Positions 18,443-27,396 are shown, numbered from the stretch's first letter. The stretch: DNA of 64,000 nt from Clostridia bacterium (GCA_017517035.1 JAFXAN010000112.1:3648-67647); one strand, 5' to 3'. Numbers and translations: made by a program. The notes: generated by a model from the sequence alone, not told the origin.

Positions 18443-19273
18443 ATGACAGGAAGAATATTTGATATAAAGCATTTTGCGGTTCATGACGGTGATGGAATCA
18501 GAACCACGGTATTTTTTAAGGGCTGCCCACTGAAATGTTTGTGGTGTCACAATCCCGAGGGACTGACAAGACCAAAGCAGCTTGCTTACTATGAACATAA
18601 GTGCATCAGCTGTGGTGAGTGTGCCACAGCTTGCCCTGCACACATCATTTCAGAGAACGGACACATATTTGACAGGACAAAATGTGATGGCTGTGAGCAA
18701 AAAGAGGTCTGTCTATGTGAGCCTCTTTGTCTTGGCGGTGCGCTGAAGCATTACGGTCGTGATGTGACTGTAGATGACCTTATGCCCGAACTTTTGGCGG
18801 ATGTTGATTTCTATAAAAATTCGGGAGGCGGAGTTACTCTTTCTGGCGGCGAATGCTTACTTCAGGCAGATTTCTGTGCTGAGCTGTTAAAATCACTTAA
18901 GGCACAGGGAATAAATACTGCAGTTGACACCTGCGGATGCGTTCCGAGAGCATCGATTGAAAAGGTTCTGCCCTATACCGATGTGTTCCTTTTTGATGTT
19001 AAGGCGATAGACGGAGATGTGCATAAAAGGTGCACGGGAGTTGATAATGCTCTCATTCTTGAAAATCTTTGCTTTCTTGATTCTGTGGGAGCAAAAAATG
19101 AGATAAGAATACCCGTAGTTCCCGGATATAACAACGGAGAGCTTCCGAAAATATATGAATTTTTATCGAAGCTCAAAAATATAACTGCTGTAAAGGAGCT
19201 TAAATATCATAATCTCGCTGGCTCAAAATATGAAGCCCTCAAAATGGAAAATAACTTGCCAAAATCGACTTGA
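18443..19273 (+). CDS. glycyl-radical enzyme activating protein (radical SAM)
   Basis: DGDGIRTTVFFKGCPLKCLWCHNPE radical SAM cluster motif, plus a ferredoxin-type Cys-rich insert (CISCGECATACP). Confidence 0.9.
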   Translation: MTGRIFDIKHFAVHDGDGIRTTVFFKGCPLKCLWCHNPEGLTRPKQLAYYEHKCISCGECATACPAHIISENGHIFDRTKCDGCEQKEVCLCEPLCLGGALKHYGRDVTVDDLMPELLADVDFYKNSGGGVTLSGGECLLQADFCAELLKSLKAQGINTAVDTCGCVPRASIEKVLPYTDVFLFDVKAIDGDVHKRCTGVDNALILENLCFLDSVGAKNEIRIPVVPGYNNGELPKIYEFLSKLKNITAVKELKYHNLAGSKYEALKMENNLPKST

Positions 19274-19280
19274 TTTTTCC

Positions 19281-19309
19281 TTGACATCACCTCTCTTGCG
19301 TGTTATAAT
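19281..19309 (+). promoter_or_regulatory. consensus sigA-type promoter embedded in a 17-bp-arm dyad
   Basis: TTGACA (19281-19286), 17 nt, TATAAT (19304-19309). Confidence 0.6.
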
Positions 19310-19332
19310 AGCACACAAGAGAGGTGATTTTT

Positions 19333-20682
19333 ATGGGGAAAATAGATCTTTACGCAATGCGAGATGAGAAAACAGTTCTCAAAAATCCCCACAAGGGATG
19401 GTATTGGCATTATATAGATTGCGGCTACAGCCGTCCGAGATATAGAGACGATAAGGAGCTTATTGGTGATTTTACGGCGTTTCCAGGACTTGGTCAGCTT
19501 TATCTTCGCTTTGATATGGTGGATATAAACCCCAAAAAGGGCGTTTATGATTTCTCCTATCTTGATGAAATAATGGATGAATACGGAAAGCTTGGTTATA
19601 GCTTTTCTCTGAGAATGTGTACCTATCAGACTAATGTCAGAAGATGGGGAAATAATCCGATTGCAACTCCCGACTATGTAATAAAAGAAGGTGCAAAGGG
19701 TTATTATTATGATATAGTTGACCCATTTGATTCAAGCAAGCGTTATGAGGGACAGGCTTGGGAGCCTGATTATTCGGATGAGATTTTTCTCCGATATGCA
19801 GAGGAAGCCATGATGCGCCTCGGTGAAAAATATGACGGTGATCCCAGAATTGAATTGGTTGATATCGGTACATTCGGAAAATACGGAGAGGGGCATACCG
19901 AAAATAATATATATGATGAAGCTGTCATAAAGCGTCACATAGATATTGCAAGAAAAGCTTTCCCGAAAACACTTTTATATACTAACGACGCTATGCTTAA
20001 ACACAACAAGGATTTTTCAAAATCTCTTACTGAGTATTGTCTTTCCAATGACATTGGAATAAGAGATGATTCTATCTGTGTTACTTGGCATGCGCTTAAC
20101 AGTCCTTCATATGATACCATTCATTCAATGTACCTTTTTGAACCTTTTTTTGACAAAATTCCGGTTAATATTGAATTTGCACATAATGAACTTATAAGAG
20201 AAGATGTTTGGAAAGACGGTTATACCGCAATGGAGTCGTTGAAGAATACCAAGGCAACATATGCGGGATTCCACGATTACCCGGGCAGATTTTTGGAGAA
20301 AAACAGATATTTTGCTGAATATTGTGCCAACCGTCTCGGATATTGGTTTCGCCCCGATTTTCTTGAGCTTTCCGCATCCGGTGGAAGAATAAGCATAACC
20401 AATCTCGGCTGGGCACCCTCCTACAGAGATTATGAGCTTACTCTTTGGCTTACCGATTGTGGCGGAAGATCGCTTTCTCCGATAAAAATCGGTGGAAGCA
20501 GCGCATGGAAAGAGCAGAGTACAACGGTGAGCGAGTTTGCCTTTGAAAAGGCTGTTCCGGCGGGGCTTTACAGCGTTGCAATAGCTTTGCATGATGCTGA
20601 CGGAACTCCTATACTTATGGCTCTTGACGGAAAATATTATGAAAACGGAAAGTATAATATCGGAATTATAGAGATCAAATAA
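19333..20682 (+). CDS. DUF4832-like putative glycoside hydrolase
   Basis: NPHKGWYWHY N-terminal motif as I recall it from DUF4874/DUF4832-type proteins. ATG at 19333 follows AGAGGTG. Confidence 0.55.
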   Translation: MGKIDLYAMRDEKTVLKNPHKGWYWHYIDCGYSRPRYRDDKELIGDFTAFPGLGQLYLRFDMVDINPKKGVYDFSYLDEIMDEYGKLGYSFSLRMCTYQTNVRRWGNNPIATPDYVIKEGAKGYYYDIVDPFDSSKRYEGQAWEPDYSDEIFLRYAEEAMMRLGEKYDGDPRIELVDIGTFGKYGEGHTENNIYDEAVIKRHIDIARKAFPKTLLYTNDAMLKHNKDFSKSLTEYCLSNDIGIRDDSICVTWHALNSPSYDTIHSMYLFEPFFDKIPVNIEFAHNELIREDVWKDGYTAMESLKNTKATYAGFHDYPGRFLEKNRYFAEYCANRLGYWFRPDFLELSASGGRISITNLGWAPSYRDYELTLWLTDCGGRSLSPIKIGGSSAWKEQSTTVSEFAFEKAVPAGLYSVAIALHDADGTPILMALDGKYYENGKYNIGIIEIK

Positions 20683-20763
20683 AAACACGGTCCTTTTTGC
20701 ACCGTATTTTTATGAAAAGGTTGATTTTTCGAAATGGTTGTGATATAATCATCTCGGAAGGCG

Positions 20764-21528
20764 GTGGATTTTGTGTTTTATGAAAACGACATTATAAATT
20801 TCAACATTCTTGATGTTCTGGAGCTGAAATATAAAAACAGCAGTCATAACAATTACGGTAGGAATTTTAATGCACTTTCTTTCAGAATAAGGTCTGATGC
20901 AAGGATAAAAACAAGTGAAAATGAATATGAGCTTTGCGATAATTCTATTGCTTATATTCCTGCAAGACTAAGCTATTATAGGGAAGCAAGCCGTGATGAG
21001 CTTATTGTTGTGCATTTTGATTCCACAAATTACAGCACGAAAAGCATCGAATATTTTTATGCGGCAGAGCCTGAAAAATTTGAAGCTCTTTTCAGAAAAA
21101 TTTATCTTTGCTGGGAGGAAAAGGCACCCGGATATAAATACACCTGTTCTGCAATTCTCAATGAGATATTTGCATTATGTTATGCTCAGAACCATCGTGA
21201 AAAATATGAAAAAACGAAAATACAGCCATCCCTTGAATTTATCACAAAAAACTATAAAAATCCGGATATTACCATTGGGGAAATTGCGAAAAAATCTTTT
21301 ATGAGTGAGGTCTATTTCAGAAAGCTGTTTAAGGAAGAATACGGTATTTCACCGCAAAAATTTATTACTAATCTGCGTATTCAAAATGCTGCTGGACTAA
21401 TTTCTTCGGGGTATTATTCTCTCGGAGAGATAGCAAAAATGTCGGGATATAACGATTATAAATATTTTTCCGTTGAATTTAAAAGGGTAATGGGAGTTTC
21501 ACCATCAAAATATACCTATAATTATTGA
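20764..21528 (+). CDS. AraC family transcriptional regulator
   Basis: C-terminal double HTH (MSEVYFRKLFKEEYG...GYNDYKYFSVEFKRVMG). GTG start. The nearby ATG is out of frame. Confidence 0.85.
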   Translation: MDFVFYENDIINFNILDVLELKYKNSSHNNYGRNFNALSFRIRSDARIKTSENEYELCDNSIAYIPARLSYYREASRDELIVVHFDSTNYSTKSIEYFYAAEPEKFEALFRKIYLCWEEKAPGYKYTCSAILNEIFALCYAQNHREKYEKTKIQPSLEFITKNYKNPDITIGEIAKKSFMSEVYFRKLFKEEYGISPQKFITNLRIQNAAGLISSGYYSLGEIAKMSGYNDYKYFSVEFKRVMGVSPSKYTYNY

Positions 21529-21577
21529 TGTGTCTGTTTTGCAATAGAAAGCACATTCTATTTATAATTGTTTTTCT

Positions 21578-21768
21578 AAACAATAATTTGTCGGGCTGTA
21601 AAATAGTGGTGAAATCATCCTTTAAAGTTTCCAGATCCTTCGCTACGCTCAGGATGACATGTGGTGATAAATGCCCTCACCACACCTTGTCATTCTGAGC
21701 GTAGCGAAGAATCTATTAGCATTAACGGATGATTATATTGCAACAACCGCTCTGACAAATTACTGTTT
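21578..21768. mobile_element. MITE-like element with a different core (inverted GATCCTTCGCTACGCTCAGGATGAC arms)
   Basis: Slightly degenerate left TIR AAACAATAATTTGTCG and right TIR CTGACAAATTACTGTTT. A sister copy in the opposite orientation lies at 63447-63639. Confidence 0.75.
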
Positions 21769-21800
21769 AAAAACAAAGGGCTGCCTTCATGAGACAGCCC
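21769..21800 (-). terminator. terminator downstream of the AraC gene 21807-22637
   Basis: GGGCTG...CAGCCC stem with a T-run on the minus strand. Confidence 0.6.
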
Positions 21801-21806
21801 ACACAT

Positions 21807-22637
21807 TCAATCTTCATTTTTATGTTTTATCAGATATTGCTTGGGTGTGATTCCTATTTTGCTTTTAAAGGCTCGAATGAGGCTTCCCACATCGCTAAAT
21901 GAGCAAAGATATGCACATTCCTGCTCGCTGTATCCGGCACGAAGAAGCTTTATTGCCTCGCTGATCCTGCGGTGAGTGATATAATCGAGAAGAGTGCTTC
22001 CCGTATGCTTTTTGAATGCGGTCATAAGGGTGGTTCTGCCTATATGAAGCTCCTTTGACATAGTTTCGGCTGTGATCTTTTTTCCGAAATTCTTGTCGAT
22101 ATATTCGAGCGCATCAATGATATAGGGAGGCACGGTTGTAAAAGAGGTGTTTGTGCCGATATCCTTTGAAAACTCCAAAAGATATGAAAGCAGATATAAC
22201 ACCAAAAACCTTTTTCTCAAAATATCATTTTCTGCTTTTATGCGGTTTATTATCATTTTGCAGATGTCTGTTTTACCGGGACTTGTTTTGATGATATTTC
22301 CGTTTTTTCCGAATACTGCAGCAAGACTATCCCATTCGGGGATATAGTTTTCAACAAATTCTTTTGAAAAAAGAAGATAGAGTCTGCTATATAATGTAGG
22401 CTTTCGTATGGCAACAAAATGGGGAGTTTCCGGGGCGGTGAGAACAATGCAGCTTCCGGAGCATTCTTCGCTTCTGTCGCTTAAAAGTATCTTGACATCG
22501 CCCGAGAGTATTATGTTGATCTCATAAAAATCATGCTCATGAAAATCTGCCACAGAAGAATAATAGCCTTGATTTTCATGAATATGAAGGTCATTCCAGA
22601 CATTTCCAAATCCGTGGTCATATAATCTGTTTTTCAT
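21807..22637 (-). CDS. AraC family transcriptional regulator
   Basis: Cupin-like N-terminus plus an AraC HTH (HIGRTTLMTAFKKHTG...). Confidence 0.85.
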   Translation of the reverse strand: MKNRLYDHGFGNVWNDLHIHENQGYYSSVADFHEHDFYEINIILSGDVKILLSDRSEECSGSCIVLTAPETPHFVAIRKPTLYSRLYLLFSKEFVENYIPEWDSLAAVFGKNGNIIKTSPGKTDICKMIINRIKAENDILRKRFLVLYLLSYLLEFSKDIGTNTSFTTVPPYIIDALEYIDKNFGKKITAETMSKELHIGRTTLMTAFKKHTGSTLLDYITHRRISEAIKLLRAGYSEQECAYLCSFSDVGSLIRAFKSKIGITPKQYLIKHKNED

Positions 22638-22892
22638 GTTGCGCCCCTCCTTCTTATTTACATTTTAACATATGTTTCAAGGTTTTTCAATATCTTTTTA
22701 TAAATTATTGAACAATTTGCTTTTTTGCTGAGATTCATATATTCAAGGAAAATATCTATTTAATTTTGATTTGATGAAGGTGCATTTCAAAAAGGAACTG
22801 TTTTGTGTAAGAAAGGCACTTTTATCAAAAAAGTTGACTTAGCTCGGTTCTTTATGATAAAATACATTTTATAATATCATTAGGAGGTTTTT

Positions 22893-23768
22893 ATGCGCAA
22901 ATTTTTAGTTGATTTTCTTGATAGATTTGATTACCCCGAAGAGGCAAAGGAAGCACTTGTGAGCTGCTATGATGCGATGGCGGCGGATGAAGGTGCTGCT
23001 GCGGTTATGAATAAGCACCTTGATATTTATGCCGCAGGAGGAGATTACAAGCACTATGAAATGCTTGCGGAAACAACCACTGAGGCTCTGCGCATTGGTA
23101 AGCCTTGGCAGACGGCACATCTTGTTATGGTGATATTACTTTCAAAATATCTTTTGGAAAGATATGCCGCAAAGGGCATTGACGAGCAGAGATGGATAGA
23201 TATTGTGGATGATTTCAAATGTAAGCTTTTTGAATGCCATAATGTTTACCACATCTGGGGCAGCTTTCTCTGTAATTGGTGGGAGCAGAAACTCTCAATG
23301 AATATTTTCGGCGTTGGAAGATTTCAATATCAAATGAAGCCCTTCGGCAGGGAATATAAGGATGAAAATATTCACCTCACACCCGATATGAAGGCTCTCT
23401 CGATACATATTCCGTCATCCGGACCGCTCACAAAGGAGCTTCGTGAGGAGTCATACAGAATGGCAAAGGAGTTTTTTGCACCGTATTTTGGTGATCAGCA
23501 GGCGCTGTTTATGTGCTCGTCCTGGCTTCTCTATCCCGAAAATGAAGAGATGATTCCCGGCTCTAATATTGTTGATTTTATGCATGATTTCAAGGTTTTT
23601 GAGGTCTTTGAACCTGAAAAATCAAACGATCTCTGGAGAATTTTTGGAGATGCTTGTGTTCTTCCGTATGAGCTTTTGCCTCGGAATAATTCTCTGCGCC
23701 GTGCTTATGCTTCCCGTCTTTGCGAGGGCAAAAAAGTTGGTCTAGGAATCGGATTTTTTGTCAGATAA
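22893..23768 (+). CDS. conserved hypothetical protein, possibly an acyltransferase-like fold
   Basis: Long ORF with a good RBS (AGGAGG). No diagnostic motif could be recognised with confidence. Confidence 0.5.
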   Translation: MRKFLVDFLDRFDYPEEAKEALVSCYDAMAADEGAAAVMNKHLDIYAAGGDYKHYEMLAETTTEALRIGKPWQTAHLVMVILLSKYLLERYAAKGIDEQRWIDIVDDFKCKLFECHNVYHIWGSFLCNWWEQKLSMNIFGVGRFQYQMKPFGREYKDENIHLTPDMKALSIHIPSSGPLTKELREESYRMAKEFFAPYFGDQQALFMCSSWLLYPENEEMIPGSNIVDFMHDFKVFEVFEPEKSNDLWRIFGDACVLPYELLPRNNSLRRAYASRLCEGKKVGLGIGFFVR

Positions 23769-23780
23769 AAATATTTCATT

Positions 23781-23820
23781 TAATTCCTTGAGAATATACA
23801 TGTATATTCTCAAGGAATTA
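23781..23820. repeat. 40-nt perfect palindrome
   Basis: TAATTCCTTGAGAATATACATGTATATTCTCAAGGAATTA equals its own reverse complement. Confidence 0.9.
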
Positions 23821-23942
23821 TTTGCATTTGCGGCAAAATTTGCCGTTCTGAATCAGGTTCGTATAATACTCCGAACCTTAAGGTTGACGAATCGTTTTTT
23901 TTGTGATATAATTATGCTAAATAAACAATACAGAGGTAACGG

Positions 23943-24938
23943 ATGATGAAAAGACCGTTGTTTGTTTTTGCAGGACAGTCAAATATGATGGGGGCTTGTG
24001 TTTACGAGGCTCCCGAGCAGATATATTTTGAAAACAGCTTTGAATATCTTCACAAGGCAAGAAGATTTGGTAATGACATCGGAGATTTCAAGGAATTCGG
24101 ATTCCCCTGCGGAGAATTTTCATATAATGATATGAAAAAGGCATATGGTGAATGCACTGATGCCGATTTCAAAAGCACTCTTGATACATATGCAGAAAAT
24201 ACATATTTCTGTCCTTCAATGAGCAATCTTGAGGATGAAGAAAAAAAGACCGTACTTTCATTTTATCACTTTTCGGAATCAAATCTCAGAAGAAGCACTT
24301 CTGTTGCTCCTTATATAATTAAAGGACTTGAGGATAATGGAATATCTTCCGCTTTTGCTCATATTGCAAAGGGCGGTGTTCCGATCAGCTATTATCTTGA
24401 GGGCGAGGCTGAAAAATATTTTTACGAAAAGGTCAATGATTTTTTTGCCGATTGTGAGAAAAAATTTGAGGGCGATGATATGAGTGAGAGGTGTTTCGTC
24501 TGGCTTCAGGGTGAATCTGACAACGGAAAAGGAACAGAATACTATCTCGATCGGTTGAGAGAGCTATGGTCAAGACTGAAAAAGGTTGGTTTCACAAAAT
24601 TCTTTATGATAAGAGTTCCTTATTGGTCTTCTATAGGAATTGCCGAGATAATGCGTGCAGAGGAGATCTTTTGCAAGGAAAATGAGGATGCATATATGCT
24701 CACAAGAGTTTGCTCATTTATTCCTTGGTGCGGTCTTGATACTGCCGAATGGCAGAATCGTGAGGATGACGAGGAGCTTTCATTTTGCCGTGACAGCTTT
24801 TACGGATTTGCTAATCAGCATATAAATGATAAAGGCTTCAGACTTGTTGCAAAATATGCTGTGCCGAATATTATCAGAATTTTTGAGGGGAAAGAGCCTG
24901 TTCTTGAGAAAGAAAGAGTAAAAGCATTAATTAATTGA
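23943..24938 (+). CDS. sialate O-acetylesterase-like (CE6-type, SGNH) carbohydrate esterase
   Basis: N-terminal FAGQSNMMG motif characteristic of this esterase family. Confidence 0.7.
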   Translation: MMKRPLFVFAGQSNMMGACVYEAPEQIYFENSFEYLHKARRFGNDIGDFKEFGFPCGEFSYNDMKKAYGECTDADFKSTLDTYAENTYFCPSMSNLEDEEKKTVLSFYHFSESNLRRSTSVAPYIIKGLEDNGISSAFAHIAKGGVPISYYLEGEAEKYFYEKVNDFFADCEKKFEGDDMSERCFVWLQGESDNGKGTEYYLDRLRELWSRLKKVGFTKFFMIRVPYWSSIGIAEIMRAEEIFCKENEDAYMLTRVCSFIPWCGLDTAEWQNREDDEELSFCRDSFYGFANQHINDKGFRLVAKYAVPNIIRIFEGKEPVLEKERVKALIN

Positions 24939-25028
24939 ACGATTTGCATATAAATCCGAATGATTTACTATTGTATTCTCTCCCAAAATGCTATATAATT
25001 ATGTCAAATAAAAAATAGGAGAAGTGAA

Positions 25029-26174
25029 ATGAGTTCGGTTAAATTTTCTTACGAAAAATTGGAGCGTTTTTGCCGTGACGCCTTTATAAAATTCGGTTTT
25101 ACGAGCGAGGAGGCTGCGCAGATAAGCGATGTGCTTCTTCTTGCGGACCTCTATGGGGTAAAATCTCACGGAACACAGAGACTTGTTCGCTATCACAAAT
25201 CCATTGAAAACGGCTGCACGAATCCCAAGGCAAAGCCTGAGATCGTTTTCGAAACGCCCGTTTCTGCAGTTATTGATGCTCATGCCGCAATGGGACAGCT
25301 TGTTTCGATTTTTGCAACCAATCTTGCAATAAAGAAGGCAAAAGAGGTTGGAATGGCATTCGTCAGCGTCAAAAATTCCAATCATTTCGGAATTGCCGGA
25401 TATTATACAAAAATGGCACTTGATGCGGGAATGATAGGCATTGCCGCAACAAATTCCGAATCTATCATGGTACATACAAATTCAAGAGAGGCAGTGCTCG
25501 GCTCAAATCCTATAGCCTTTGCAATGCCTGCTGAGCCTTATCCTTTCTGGTTTGATGCAGCAACAACGGTTGTACCCAAAGGTAAGCTTGAGGTCTATCA
25601 TAAGGCAGATAAGGAGCTTTCGGACGGATGGGCTGTTGACGAAACAGGCGCAGAGAGCCATGATGCAAAGCGAGTTCTCGGCTGCATTGACAAGAAGCTT
25701 GGAAGCGGCGGTATTCTTCCCGTTGGCGGAAAAAGCGAGGATAGCGGAAGCCATAAGGGATATGGATATAGCATGATTTGCGAGCTTCTTTGCTCGATAA
25801 CCTCGGGTGGAGCAACATCAAATCACCATGTCAGAGCAAAGGGACAGCCTGCCGGAACTTGTCATTCGTTTATAGTTATTGATCCTAAGATCTTCGGTGA
25901 TCCCGAGGAGATTAAAGAGCATCTTTCCGTTTTCCTTGAAGAGCTAAGAAGTGCAAAGAGAGCGGATGAGAATGTTCCGATATATACTCACGGTGAAAAG
26001 GAAGCAATAAGCTACAAGGAACGCATGGAAAACGGCATAGATGTTGATATAAGCACCGTTTCCGAAATGGTGAATATATGCAATTATCTTGGAATGGATA
26101 GTGTTCAATATCTTGGAGATATTGATATTTCCGAAGCAAAAGAGTCAACATACGAGGTTTCCTATAAAAAATAA
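25029..26174 (+). CDS. Ldh_2 family (malate/L-lactate/sulfolactate dehydrogenase type 2) oxidoreductase
   Basis: GVKSHGTQRL and NSNHFGIAGYY motifs. Confidence 0.8.
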   Translation: MSSVKFSYEKLERFCRDAFIKFGFTSEEAAQISDVLLLADLYGVKSHGTQRLVRYHKSIENGCTNPKAKPEIVFETPVSAVIDAHAAMGQLVSIFATNLAIKKAKEVGMAFVSVKNSNHFGIAGYYTKMALDAGMIGIAATNSESIMVHTNSREAVLGSNPIAFAMPAEPYPFWFDAATTVVPKGKLEVYHKADKELSDGWAVDETGAESHDAKRVLGCIDKKLGSGGILPVGGKSEDSGSHKGYGYSMICELLCSITSGGATSNHHVRAKGQPAGTCHSFIVIDPKIFGDPEEIKEHLSVFLEELRSAKRADENVPIYTHGEKEAISYKERMENGIDVDISTVSEMVNICNYLGMDSVQYLGDIDISEAKESTYEVSYKK

Positions 26175-26195
26175 TTGATTGTTTTTGGGGGGCAT

Positions 26196-26885
26196 ATGGA
26201 ATTTAGCGAGAGACAAAAAAAGATAATAGATCTTTTAAGTGAACGCAGTATGTCTATAATGGAGATTGCCAAAAGGCTGTCTTCCAGCGAAATGACCATC
26301 AGACGAGATGTTGCAGATCTCAAAAAAATGGGAGTTGTAGATCAATTCAGAGGTGGAGTTTCCATCAAAAAAGCCAGATCCTTTCAGTCCTTCGACTTTA
26401 GGTCAGATATTGAAAAAAATGAAAAAATGGAGCTTGCAAGAAGGGCAGCGGAGCTTGTACAGGATGGAATGCTGATTTATATTGATAATTCAACTACCTG
26501 CTGGTATATTGTGCAGTTTCTCGGTAAATTCCGTGATCTTAAGGTTGTTACAAATTCTGCGCCGGTAATGAACGATCTTGGAAATATGGGAATTAAGGTC
26601 AAAATGGCAAGCGGAAATTATGTTCACAGAGACAGATGTGTTGTCGGAAGCGAAACCGAAGAATATATAAGAAATTATAGATATGATCTTGCGTTTCTTT
26701 CCTCGAGCGGATATAACGATAAAAGGATAGTGAGCTGGAGTGAAGCACAGATCAATGTAAGACGCGCAGTTATCGAAAGTGCTGCTAAAACATATTTTTT
26801 GATGACCCCCATGAAAAAAAACAGAAGATCATATTTTGTTGCTTGCAGAACAGAGGATGTTGAGCTTATAACACTTGATAAATAA
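26196..26885 (+). CDS. DeoR family transcriptional regulator
   Basis: N-terminal HTH (ERQKKIIDLL...MSIMEIAKRLSSSEMTIRRDV) plus a DeoR C-terminal sensor domain. Confidence 0.85.
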   Translation: MEFSERQKKIIDLLSERSMSIMEIAKRLSSSEMTIRRDVADLKKMGVVDQFRGGVSIKKARSFQSFDFRSDIEKNEKMELARRAAELVQDGMLIYIDNSTTCWYIVQFLGKFRDLKVVTNSAPVMNDLGNMGIKVKMASGNYVHRDRCVVGSETEEYIRNYRYDLAFLSSSGYNDKRIVSWSEAQINVRRAVIESAAKTYFLMTPMKKNRRSYFVACRTEDVELITLDK

Positions 26886-26909
26886 AGGGCTGATTTTTCA
26901 GCCCTTTTC
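26884..26909 (+). terminator. terminator hairpin, repeat copy 2 of 3
   Basis: AAAGGGCTGATTTTTCAGCCCTTTTC, identical to the one at 4968. Confidence 0.8.
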
Positions 26910-26938
26910 TTTGTGATGGTTTTTGATTGTACTTTATT

Positions 26939-27239
26939 AAACAGTAATTTGTCGAACTGTTGAAAAGGTGAATAAACGGTGCTGAGGACACAGTTAGCCT
27001 CCACTGATTTTGAGAAGCAAAATTAGGGGAGGTGGATTTTGCCGCAAGGCAAAAGACGGAAGGGTCTTATGGGGTGTAAAGTAGCTTTTTTGTTTTATAA
27101 AGTTACTTTGCAAGCTAAACCCTTCAGTCACGGCGAATAGTATCTATTTTTCTACGGCAAGTTATTTCGCCGTGCCAGCTCCCCTATTAAAAACAGGGGA
27201 GCCTTATTTTACCGTTCAATTTCACTTGTATTTTAATTC
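26939..27239. repeat. structured module S, copy 2
   Basis: Collinear with 5023-5323, with few substitutions. Confidence 0.85.
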
Positions 27240-27337
27240 AAACAGTAATTTAGCGGTGAGTGAAAACGAATTTTGTAGGGGCGATCATTGATCGCCCCTA
27301 CGGATTACGGCTTCGACTGTTCGCTAAATTACTGTTT
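27240..27337. mobile_element. collapsed MITE (arms a and c joined by a single palindrome)
   Basis: Ends are the same as in 5324-5489, but only one GTAGGGGCGATCATTGATCGCCCCTAC unit is present and there is no spacer. Confidence 0.8.
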
Positions 27338-27367
27338 GAAATCCGACCACTCTACAGTGAGATATAG

Positions 27368-27396
27368 AAAAGAGGCTGATTAATAAATCAGCCTCA
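27368..27396 (-). terminator. terminator downstream of the phosphodiesterase gene
   Basis: GAGGCTGAT...ATCAGCCTC stem with a T-rich tail on the minus strand. Confidence 0.65.

Noticed and set aside
20683-20715. Possible terminator after the DUF4832-like gene
   Set aside because: Only a 5-bp stem (ACGGT/ACCGT) is present, which is too weak to call.
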